64,000 nt of DNA, taken from the NCBI GenBank assembly GCA_963715985.1, contig CAVQSP010000017.1:160001-224000 (forward strand), read 5' to 3'. A program made the translations under genes and the position numbers. Within the stretch, counting starts at the first letter, position 1; every line of letters starts with the position of its first letter. Below, one piece after another: positions 41,002 to 50,156 of this stretch. Below the pieces are notes generated by a model. That model did not search any database. It was not told where the DNA came from and saw only the letters and a program-made list of their open reading frames with translations. Origin of the DNA: an uncultured Thermoleophilia bacterium. Lineage in GTDB: Bacteria > Actinomycetota > Thermoleophilia > UBA2241.

Positions 41002-41511
41002 TCAGGCCTCGGCCATCTCCTTCTCCGCCTCGGCCAGCTGCTTGTCCAGCTCCTTGGCGTCGACCTTGATCTCCTTCTCCATCTGCTTCTCGGCCTTGAG
41101 CTCGGCCTTCATCAGCTGCTCGTCGAGCTTGTCGCGGCCGATGACGATGAGGGCGGCCTCGCCCTCGTCCAGCATCTCGCCGAGCTCCTTGACGTCCTTG
41201 CGCGACATGCCCCGCCAGAAGTGCCCGATGAGGCCGCCGGCCACGCCGCCCACGAGGGCGGTGCCGATGATGGAGGGCGGGAACAGCACGCCGATGACGG
41301 CGCCCACGGCGATGCCTGTCCAGGCGCCGTGCTGCGTGGGCTTCTCCCACTTGGTGACGTGGACGCCCTTCTCGTCTTTGGTGGCCACGGCGGCGTCGTA
41401 GGTACCGATGACCTTGGCGGCGTGCAGGTCGCGCACGACCTCGAGGTCCTCGCGCGCGAGGGCTGGGTCGCTGTAGACGCCGACGAACAGGAACGCGGAC
41501 TGGTCTGCCAT
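41002..41511 (-). CDS. DUF1269-family protein
   Basis: YDAAV..KDE.G.V, GAWTGIAVGAVIGVLFPP..G..LVGG.AGGLIG, G.AALIVIG. Confidence 0.85.
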   Translation of the reverse strand: MADQSAFLFVGVYSDPALAREDLEVVRDLHAAKVIGTYDAAVATKDEKGVHVTKWEKPTQHGAWTGIAVGAVIGVLFPPSIIGTALVGGVAGGLIGHFWRGMSRKDVKELGEMLDEGEAALIVIGRDKLDEQLMKAELKAEKQMEKEIKVDAKELDKQLAEAEKEMAEA

Positions 41512-41565
41512 GCTGACTCCTTGGGTGGGTTGGCGGTGAGAACGGTGCGGCGGCCGGTGCCGCCT

Positions 41566-42970
41566 TCAGATCCCGGCCTCGGCCGGTATCTTGCCCAGCT
41601 CGATGGCTTTCAGAACGGCGGCGTGGTCCTTCTCGGCCTGGTTCGCATAGGCCTCTGGGCGAAGTCCGCGATGGCCTGGTCGAAGCGGTCGCTGACGCCC
41701 AGGTACGAGGCGATGGCGATGCGCCGCCCGGAGCGGGCGTGCCCGCGGGCCAGCGTCCAGCCGCAGAGCGTCGCCAGGACTTCGAGGCCGGCGGGCCTGA
41801 GGATCGCGGTATCGATGGAGCCCTTCATGTCTCGCAGCTGGCGCCAGTAGAAGTGGCGCCCCTCCGGCTGGCCGGTCATCCAGCCCAGGAAGATGTCGCT
41901 GGCCGCCTGCATGAGGCGCTGTCCGGCCACCACGCGGTGGCCTGCATGCGTGAAGCGGCTCCTGCCCAGGTACGGCTCGAGGACCGACGGCCCGGCCTCC
42001 TTGACCTGCAGGAACAGCGGGTCGTCGACGTCGCGTCCGAGCAGCAGCCCGATGATGCAGCGCGTGCCCACGCTGCCCACGCCGACGACCTTGCGGGCGA
42101 CGTCGACGATGTCGTAGCGATCGATGAGCGTGCGCCGGTCGTCCGCCAGCGTGCGCTTGTACTGCTCGAACAGGGCGTGGATGCGTTCGGCGTCCTGGAG
42201 CTCCTCGAAGTGCATCACGAGCGGTGGCTGATCCACGATGCGCCGCACCCCGTCCACGACCTCCGTCAGCTTGCCGGCGGCCTGGAGGCTGTCGCGGCCG
42301 CGAGTCTTGGCGAGCGTCTTCTGCGCGGTCTTGATCCGGGTCTTGGTGTCGGCCTTGGCCCCCCCTTCGGCGCCCAGCGTCTTGCGCGCCATCTCCAGGA
42401 GGTCGTCGGCCACCACGCGGGAGTACCACACGTCGAGCTCGCGCATCTCGGCGTAGGCGGTCATGTGCTCGCGGTAGGAGCGTACCGACGCAAGCGCGGT
42501 CTCGCGGGCGACGTCCTGGTCAAAGCCGTTCTCGCGGCTCGCCAGCACGAAGCTGGCGGCGAGCCGCTTCAGGTCCCACTCGAACGGGCCCGGCAGCGTC
42601 TCGTCGAAGTCGTTGACGTCGAAGAGCAGCTCGCGCTCCGGCGACCCGTACAGGCCGAAGTTGGCGAGGTGCGCGTCGCCGCACAGCTGGACCTGCAGAC
42701 CGGTCCGCGGCATCGGCGCCAGATCCGCGGCCATGAGTGCTGCCGAGCCGCGGTAGAACGTGAACGGAGAGGCCGACATGCGCCCCCAGCGGATGGGGAC
42801 AAGGTCGGCCATGCGGCCTCGTCTTGCGCCCTCAGGAGCGCGATCGGGTCGGGCCGGTCCGGCGCCGGCTTCCAGTCGCCGTGCGACGTGCGGGGGGCCG
42901 TCTTGCGCGCCTGTCTCCCCGCCGCCTGCCGCTCGACGGTGCTGTCGTGCGCCCACTTCTGCGTGGTCAT
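41566..42970 (-). CDS. DUF2252 protein (kinase-like), frameshifts near 42815 and 41655
   Basis: R.GRM..SPF.FYRGSA, CGDAHL.NFG, DVNDFDE, KVVGVGSVGT, LQVKEA, RQLRDMK, LAR.HARSG. Confidence 0.88.
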
Positions 42971-43007
42971 TGCGGGACTCCTTGTACGGTGGTCGGGAGG
43001 GCCGGCG

Positions 43008-45368
43008 TCATTCCCTGGCCAGCATGGCCTGGGCCTGGCGCTCCAGGTCCAGGTACGGCTCGCCGCTGACGTCCACGGCGACGCGCTTGATCGTGCCGCC
43101 GGTGAAGCTGTGCGGCGACGCGCCGGGGTAGTCGTCGGTGACGGCCTCGCCGCTGTCGCGACCCACGCACAGGCCCTCGCCGGCCAGCGAGAAGTAGCCC
43201 GGCTGGGTCTTGATGCGACCCTCGCCGACCTTCTTGTCGCCGTGGTACAGCGAGAGCATGCCGGTGGCGACGCCGGGCGGGTCCTCGCCGTCCTTGTCGA
43301 ACGCTGCCGAGAGGATGAGGTCCTCGCCGGTCGGCAGGTCCTCGGTCGCGTCGACCTTCTGCTCGAAGATGCCGACGAAGCTGTTGACGTAGTGCAGCCT
43401 GTCGTCCTTGACGTAGAGGGCGTGCCCGCCGAAGCGGGCGCCGTGCGCGAACAGCACACCCTCGGCGCCGGCGGCCGGGATGTCGACGAGTGCTCCGATC
43501 GCGAAGGAGCGGTTGCGGATGTTGACGGCTTGCTGCTCCGGCACGTCGGCGGTGCCGGGGAAGTACGTGTACCGGTCGCGTGGCGGCGCGAGCGCGGGCC
43601 GCGGCGTCAGGATGATCTCCAGCGGTGAGCGGTCGTCGAGCGGGAAGGCGCCGTTCCTGCCGGCCTCGGCGAACCACAGGCTCTGGAGCTCCCTCAGCTT
43701 GGCCCAGTTCTCCTTGGCGAGGTCGTGCATCTCGGAACGGTCGACGTCGACGTGGTACAGCTCCCACTCGTCGTCGTTGAAGTGGCTCCACCCGGCGATG
43801 GTCGGGTGCGTGGTCACGGCCTTCCAGCCCTCGTGCCAGATGCCGCGAGAACCCAGCATCGAGTAGAACTGCGTCGTGCGGGCACCGTCGGCCTTGGCGT
43901 CGTCGAAGGCATAGCGCATGCTCACGCCGTCGAAGGCGCTCTGCACGTGCCCCTTGATGGTCGCCGGGCTTTTCACGCCGAGGCAGTCGAGCACGGTCGG
44001 GACGACGTCGATCGCGTGGTGATACTGCTCCCTGATCTCACCCCTGGCCTTCATGCCCGCCGGCCACGACATGATGCAGGGGTCGGCGGTGCCGCCGTTG
44101 AACTCGTAGCGCTTCCACATCTTGAACGGCGTGTTGAAGGCCATCGCCCAGCCGTTGGTGTAGTGGTTGTAGGTCTTGGGGCCGCCGAGCTCGTCGAGCA
44201 TCTTCAGGTTGGTCTCGAGGTCGTCGGGGATGCCGTTGAAGAAGAGGTTCTCGTTGACCGACCCGTCCGGGCCGCCCTCGCCGCTGGCGCCGTTGTCCGA
44301 CACGAGGATCACGAGCGTGTTCTCCCGCAGGCCCGCCCACTCGAGATAGTCGAGCAGGACTCCGATGTAGTGGTCGGTGTGGGCGAGGAAGCCGGCGTAC
44401 ACCTCGGCCATGCGCGCGAAGAGCCGCTTCTCGCCGTCCGAGAGCGTGTCCCACGGCTTTGTCACGTCGAGCAGCGGGAACGGCTTGTCGCCGGGTCCCT
44501 TGCGCGTCTCGCTCGTTCCGATGGGATTGAGAGGCGGAAGCTCGGTCTCCGGCGGGACGAGGCCCATCTCCTTCTGGCGGGCGAGGGTCTGCTCGCGCAT
44601 CGCCTCGTAGCCCATGTCGAACTGGCCCTTGAACCTGTCGATCCACTCTCGTGGGCGCGTGATGCGGCGCGTGGCAGGCGCCCGGGCGCGTAGTAGAGGA
44701 AGAAGGGCTTGTCCGGGGCGATCGCCTTGGCGTCCTTGATGAACTCGAGCGCCTTCTCGGTGAGGTCCTCGGTGAGGTGGTAGCCCTCCTCCGGTGACTT
44801 CGGCGGGTCGACCGGATGGTTGTCGTAGACCAGGTCGGGATACCACTGGTTGCTCTCGGCGCCGAGGAAGCCGTACCAGCGCTCGAAGCCGCGCCCGGAC
44901 GGCCAGTTGCGGCGCGGCGCCGCCAGGTTCATCTCGTCGGTGGGGCACAGGTGCCACTTGCCGACCATGTACGTGTTCCAGCCCAGCTCGCCGAGGATCT
45001 CGGGCAGCATGCCGTTCTCGGGGGGGATCGTGCCACTGGCGTTGGGGAACCCGACGGCCGCCTCGGTGATGCACGCCATCGAGTTGCGCGTGTGGTTGCG
45101 GCCGGTGAGCAGGCACGAGCGCGTCGGCGAGCAGAGCGCCGTGGTGTGCCACTGCGTGTAGCGCACGCCGTCGGCGGCGATCTTGTCGATGTTGGGCGTG
45201 GGGATCGGGCCGCCGTAGCAGCTACATCGCCGAGAAGCCGACGTCGTCGAGCACGATGTAGACGACGTTGGGCGCCCCGTCCGGCGCCTTCGGCGGCTCG
45301 AACGGCGCCCAGTCCGGCGTCGAGTCGCGGATGTCGACGTTGATGACTCCCTTGAATGGTTCGCTCAT
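43008..45368 (-). CDS. second Cys-type arylsulfatase (frameshifts near 45220 and 44670)
   Basis: FKGVINVDIRDSTPDW, PNVVYIVLDD, LCSPTRS, GKWH, SDNG; GAGGAG RBS. Confidence 0.9.
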
Positions 45369-45494
45369 GCCTCGTCACTCCTCGTGGTCTCGTGTGGAGA
45401 TGCCCTGGGGGCGGTGCGGCTGCAGTCGTGCCCGCTAGGCTACAGCCTCCGTGTTCGGTTCGTGTTGCCGTCGGCGTTGCACCGATACGCCGGA

Positions 45495-46823
45495 TCAGGT
45501 CTGCGGGGGGTCGGCCGCAGCGCCTGCGGAGGACGTGCTGCGCGCCGCCTGCCGGGCGCTCACGCGGCGCTGCACAAGCGGCAGGGCGATCATCACCGTG
45601 GCCACGGCCAGCACGATGAGCGCGACGAGCGTCGCGCCGGCATCGAGCATGAAGGCCGTGAGCAGCACGACCATGAGCGGCGTGCGGAACAGCGCGTACA
45701 CCGCGCCGCTCATCACGCCGGCCACGAGGATCGTGACCGGCATGCCGGGGAAGACGAGGTTGAGGGCCAGCGCCACGCTGGTCGAGGCGAAGATGAGCGG
45801 GAAGGTCGGCCCGCCGAGGAACCCGCTCTTGAACCCCACCGCGAGCAGCGCCAGCTTGCCGACCGCCATCACGAGCAGGACGGCGATGCCGTATCCGGCG
45901 GCGCCGTCGATGACCGTGTGCACCTGGGTCTCGCCCGAGAACATGACGACGGGGGCGAGCACGCCCACCACGCTGAAGACCACGCCGGCCACGAGCGCTC
46001 GCAGCACGATCCGGTCCTTGAGGCGCGCGAAGAACCGCTCGGAGGCCTTCATGAACAGCGCCGTGAGCAGCGCGAGCACCAGGCCCAGGAGGGCGAGCGG
46101 CACCATGACGACAGCGTCGAGGAGACGGTAGCTCGAGACCGGCGGCAGGTGCAGGAAGTTGACGAAGCCGGTCTCGTGCAACAGCAGGAAGACGGCGTAG
46201 CCGACGCCGCCGCCGATGAGGCTGGCGGGCAGGGTCGCGAGCCCCTTCTGCTTCGTCTCCGCGACCTCCGCGCCCAGCACGGCGGCGAAGACCGGGTTCT
46301 CCAGCAGCCCGTTGTAGCCCGAGGCCACGCTGCCGAAGATGAGCTTGGGCCGCTGCTCGGCCGGGATCCGGAACAGGTCGCAGTACATGGCCGCGACCTT
46401 GCTGGCGATGTTGCCGATGGCGCCCTCCGGGCCCAGCACGGCGCCCGAGAACAGCGAGGCGAGCGACTGCGCCACCGTCGCCGGCAGGTCCTTCCACTTC
46501 AGGCGAGTGACGTCACCGGTGAGGCTGTCGAGGATGGACCCGTCCAGGTTGCTCGGCGCCTTGGCGTACTTGACGAGCAGGCCGACCAGCAGGGAGAAGG
46601 GCAGGCAGATGAGCGGGAACATCCAGGCGTGGGCCGTGACGAAGCCGTTGTCCCAGATGAGCTTGTTGAGGGCTTCGTAGACGACGAACCAGGCGAGCAC
46701 GCCGAAGCCCCCGATGAGCGACACCGCCACGACGTGCAGGTAGATGCCGCGAGGTTCCGGCCGCTCGGTGGGTGACGCGGCTTGAGCCTGGGGTGGCGCT
46801 GTCTGCGGCGGATCGGCGCTCAC
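45495..46823 (-). CDS. ClC/YfeO-like chloride channel protein
   Basis: GAVLGPEG, GFLGGPTFP, FSGE; 442 aa with no CBS domain. Confidence 0.82.
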   Translation of the reverse strand: MSADPPQTAPPQAQAASPTERPEPRGIYLHVVAVSLIGGFGVLAWFVVYEALNKLIWDNGFVTAHAWMFPLICLPFSLLVGLLVKYAKAPSNLDGSILDSLTGDVTRLKWKDLPATVAQSLASLFSGAVLGPEGAIGNIASKVAAMYCDLFRIPAEQRPKLIFGSVASGYNGLLENPVFAAVLGAEVAETKQKGLATLPASLIGGGVGYAVFLLLHETGFVNFLHLPPVSSYRLLDAVVMVPLALLGLVLALLTALFMKASERFFARLKDRIVLRALVAGVVFSVVGVLAPVVMFSGETQVHTVIDGAAGYGIAVLLVMAVGKLALLAVGFKSGFLGGPTFPLIFASTSVALALNLVFPGMPVTILVAGVMSGAVYALFRTPLMVVLLTAFMLDAGATLVALIVLAVATVMIALPLVQRRVSARQAARSTSSAGAAADPPQT

Positions 46824-46876
46824 GCAGCGGTCACGCTCCTTCCCGCGTACCGGTCAGGGCCGCGTCGGACACAGAA

Positions 46877-46906
46877 ACGGCGGGCGGCGTCTCCGCCGCC
46901 CGCCGT
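46877..46906 (-). terminator. hairpin terminator
   Basis: acggcgggcggcg-tctc-cgccgcccgccgt with a short T run on the minus strand. Confidence 0.6.
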
Positions 46907-46947
46907 GTTCTTCCCGCCTGCGGGTCCTGCGAATCTCCCGGTCAGGC

Positions 46948-47450
46948 TCAGTCGTCGAGCGCCAGCCCGATCTCGGCGCCGACCGCCAGCAGGTCCTGCG
47001 GGTGCAGCCACTTGTCGGCCAGCAGCACGCCGCCGGCGTCGCCCAGGGCGTCCCTGAGCGGGATGGCCCAGCGGTGCTCGAGCACGGCGATGGCCGCCGT
47101 GAACCCCTCGGGGATCGCATCGGCGATGTACCAGACTTCCTCTTCGTCGTAGAGGTCGCCTCGACGGCCGCCTCGGCGCCGACCTCGGCGCCGACCTCGG
47201 CGCCTTCCTCACCGGCCGCGCCGAAGCCGACCAGCGCGCCCGCGAAGGCCCCGAGCTTGGCCATCTCGTCGATGTCCTCGACCTCGACCTTCTCGAAGGT
47301 GCCATCGTCGTTCTTGTGGATCAGCAGGAGGTCGACCACGCGGACCACGTCGTGCTCGCGGAGCTTCCTCAGCTCCTCGAGACCTCTGCCCTTGAACTCT
47401 GCCTCAGGGCCGAAGCCCACCACCAGGATCTGGATCGGACCCAGTGCCAT
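46948..47450 (-). CDS. DUF6325/DUF1269-type protein (frameshifts near 47100-47160)
   Basis: LGPIQILVVGF, VRVVDLL..HK..DG, LEHRWAIPLRDAL..AGG. Confidence 0.8.
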
Positions 47451-47476
47451 CGCGTACTCCTTTCAGCAGGTCCGGC

Positions 47477-47791
47477 TCAGCCGCCCTGCAGCGCCTTCTG
47501 CTTGGCGGCCTCGAACTCCTCCGGCGAGAGCACGCCTGCGTCCATGAGGCCTTTGAGCTGGGTGAGCTGGTCGGCGATGCTCGTTCCGCCTGCCGCCGCG
47601 ACCGGGGCCGCCGCCGCAGGGGCCGGCGCCTGCTGCTGGTACTGCTGCTGCTGTTGCTGCGCCTGCAGGTCGGCGATCTGCGCGTTCTGATCGGCCTCCT
47701 GCTGCGACGCCTGGGCGCCCTTCTTGCCCACGTGGTAGGCGGCCCCGCCGATCACAGCGGCGCCCAACAGCGGCCTTCTCCTCATCATCAT
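47477..47791 (-). CDS. SHOCT-domain protein
   Basis: RRRPLLGAAVIGG N-terminus, Q/A/P linker, QLTQLK.L.DAGVLSPEEFEAAK. Confidence 0.87.
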   Translation of the reverse strand: MMMRRRPLLGAAVIGGAAYHVGKKGAQASQQEADQNAQIADLQAQQQQQQYQQQAPAPAAAAPVAAAGGTSIADQLTQLKGLMDAGVLSPEEFEAAKQKALQGG

Positions 47792-47871
47792 GGTGACTGC
47801 CTCCCGGTGTAAGTGGTGGTCCCCTCCAGGGACTCGCTCCTGAGGCCCACTATACCCTGCGCACGGGACTC

Positions 47872-47887
47872 GTCACCATCCGGTAAC
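47872..47887. promoter_or_regulatory. palindromic operator GTCACC-ATCC-GGTAAC (copy 6)
   Basis: 80 nt upstream of the SHOCT start; minus-strand -10 TATAGT at 47854-47849, 17 nt from the motif edge. Confidence 0.62.
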
Positions 47888-48042
47888 CGGGGCTCCCTGC
47901 CGGCTGGACCGAGGCCCTCCGCAGTCGTCTGCCCCGGCCTGTGAAGAGAGGGTTCGGGCGGCCTCCCTCACCGGCGCCGAGGCCGCGTGATTCGCCGGGA
48001 CGCCCCGTGGGCACCACCCGGGCAACGACCGGGAGGCGACAC

Positions 48043-48435
48043 ATGGACCTGAAGAAGAGCTACTTCATCGGCGCGCCGCCCGAGGACGTGTGGCGCGCCC
48101 TCACCGACCCGGCCGTCATCGACGCCTGGGGCGGCGGCCCGGCCGAGATGAGCGCCGAGCCGGGCACGTCGTTCTCGCTCTGGGGCGGCGACATCCACGG
48201 CACCGTGACGGCTGCCGAGGCGCCCGTGCGCCTGGTGCAGGACTGGTGGGGCGGACCCGACTGGAAGACGCCCTCAGTGGTCACCTTCGAGCTCGAGTCC
48301 GAGGGCGACGGCACCGTGCTCACGCTCACGCACACCGGGGTGCCCGACGACGTGGCCGGGGACTTCGACGCGGGCTGGGACGACTACTACCTGGGGCCGC
48401 TGAAGGACCTGCTCGAGAGCGCCCGCCCGGCCTGA
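48043..48435 (+). CDS. SRPBCC/AHSA1-like protein
   Basis: APPEDVWRALTDP..I..W, T.L.LTH.GVP...GWDDYY. Confidence 0.87.
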   Translation: MDLKKSYFIGAPPEDVWRALTDPAVIDAWGGGPAEMSAEPGTSFSLWGGDIHGTVTAAEAPVRLVQDWWGGPDWKTPSVVTFELESEGDGTVLTLTHTGVPDDVAGDFDAGWDDYYLGPLKDLLESARPA

Positions 48436-48475
48436 GGCCGCCGGCCGCGGCCCGGCGCTACGGCTCGGAAGACCC

Positions 48476-50008
48476 TCAGCCGCCGAGCCAGCCGCGCAGT
48501 GCGGCCTCGACGGCCTCGCGGCCGCGCTCGACGCGCGCGTCGAAGCGGCGCGGCCGCTCACGCGCCGCGCGCAGCTGCGGCGGCACGATGGCCTCGGGCG
48601 CCAGCTCGGGCACCCGGTCGAGCAGGGCGAGGTCGTCCTCGCCGCCCGGGATGGGCTCGCCGGCCGGCACGCCGCGCAGGCCGCGCACCACGTCGGCGGC
48701 GAACTTGCTCCAGTGCGCGGTGCTCACCACCAGTACCGGGGCGCCCTCCGTGCCGAGCTCGTCGGCCACCTTCCACGCCACGGCGGTGTGCGGGTCGAGC
48801 AGGTAGCCGTGCTCGCGGTGCACCTCACCGATGGTGCGCAGGCAGGTGTCGTTGTCCACCCACGCGCCCGTCATCTCGTCGGCCAGCATGGCCCTGGTCG
48901 CCGCGTCCACCTCGAACCGCCCCGTCTCCTTGAGGTCGCGCATCCATCCGCGGACCACGCCGGGGTCGCCGCAGTGGTCGTACAGCAGGCGCTCCAGATT
49001 CGACGAGATGAGGATGTCCATGGACGGCGACGGTGTCTTGACCAGGTCGCGGGCCGAGATGTCGTACACGCCTGAGGCGATGAAGTCGCTGAGCACGTTG
49101 TTGCTGTTGCTGGCGCAGAGGAGCCGGCCGACCGGCACCCCCATGCGCCTGGCGTAGCAGGCCGCGAGGATGTTGCCGAAGTTGCCGGTGGGCACGCAGA
49201 TGTCCAGCGGCGCGCCGGGGTGCACGTGGCCGAAGGCGGCCATGTCGGCGTAGGCGCTCACGTAGTAGACGATCTGCGGCATGAGCCGGCCCCAGTTGAT
49301 GGAGTTCGCCGAGGAGAGCGCCAGGCCGTGCCGGCCGGCCAGCTCCTCGGCGAACGCGGCGTCGTCGAAGACGGCCTTCACGGAGCTCTGGCAGTCGTCG
49401 AAGTCGCCGGCCAGCCGGAACACGCTGAGATTGTCACCCGGCTGCGTGACCATCTGGATCTCCTGCAGCGCGCTCACGCCGGCGTCCGGGTAGAAGACGA
49501 CGATGCGCGTGCCGGGGCGATCGGCGTAGCCGTTGAGCGCCGCCACGCCCGTGTCGCCGCTGGTGGCCACGAGGACGAGGTAGTCGAGGTCGGTGGCGCG
49601 CCGCGCGTGCGCCTGCGCGAGCGCCTGGCTGAAGAACAGCGGCATGCACTGCAGCGCCATGTCCTTGAAGGCCAGTGTGGGCCCGTGCCACAACTCGAGC
49701 ACGTAGCGGCCTTCAGCCACCTTGCGCACCGGCGCCACGCGGGGGTCGTCGAAGTTGTCGCCGTAGGCGGAGGCGGCGATGCGCAGCGTGTCCGCCGCCT
49801 CCACGTCCAGCCCGAACGCCTGGTACACCCAGGCGGCGCGCTCGAAGTACGGCAGCCCCGCGAGCTTGAGGAGGTCGTCCAGCGAGACCCGCGGCAGCCG
49901 CTCGGGGACGAAGAGGCCGCCGCCGGGGGCGATGCCCTCCAGGATGGCCTCGGTGAAGGTGCGCGGCCGGTCGCAGAGGCCGCGTGTGTCGCGGTAGGTG
50001 ATCATCAT
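48476..50008 (-). CDS. thrC: threonine synthase
   Basis: YRDTR, GGLFVP, HGPTLAFKD, ATSGDTG, SANSINWGRL, PTGNFGN, SPSMDIL.SSNLER, DPHTA. Confidence 0.95.
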   Translation of the reverse strand: MMITYRDTRGLCDRPRTFTEAILEGIAPGGGLFVPERLPRVSLDDLLKLAGLPYFERAAWVYQAFGLDVEAADTLRIAASAYGDNFDDPRVAPVRKVAEGRYVLELWHGPTLAFKDMALQCMPLFFSQALAQAHARRATDLDYLVLVATSGDTGVAALNGYADRPGTRIVVFYPDAGVSALQEIQMVTQPGDNLSVFRLAGDFDDCQSSVKAVFDDAAFAEELAGRHGLALSSANSINWGRLMPQIVYYVSAYADMAAFGHVHPGAPLDICVPTGNFGNILAACYARRMGVPVGRLLCASNSNNVLSDFIASGVYDISARDLVKTPSPSMDILISSNLERLLYDHCGDPGVVRGWMRDLKETGRFEVDAATRAMLADEMTGAWVDNDTCLRTIGEVHREHGYLLDPHTAVAWKVADELGTEGAPVLVVSTAHWSKFAADVVRGLRGVPAGEPIPGGEDDLALLDRVPELAPEAIVPPQLRAARERPRRFDARVERGREAVEAALRGWLGG

Positions 50009-50096
50009 CGCCGAGGGATTGTATCCCATCGTGCCTCGCGCCCGCCTCCGGGGCGGCGTCCCACGCCGGCCCCTCCACGAGGCTTCGGGCGCCGGC

Positions 50097-50131
50097 TTGA
50101 CATTCGCCAGGGATGTATTACGATATATCGT
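50097..50131 (+). promoter_or_regulatory. promoter TTGACA-16-TACGAT overlapped by palindrome ACGATATATCGT
   Basis: directly upstream of PadR; palindrome at 50120-50131. Confidence 0.65.
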
Positions 50132-50156
50132 GTTACAACGCTAGAAGGAGAGATCG

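Noticed and set aside
45428-45443. seventh motif copy GTGCCC-GCTA-GGCTAC upstream of sulfatase 2
   Set aside because: Two mismatches at conserved positions make it too weak to call without a PWM.
47860-47940. c-di-GMP-I-like riboswitch (GGTTACCG on the minus strand)
   Set aside because: The other conserved elements are missing, and the sequence is better explained as palindrome copy 6.
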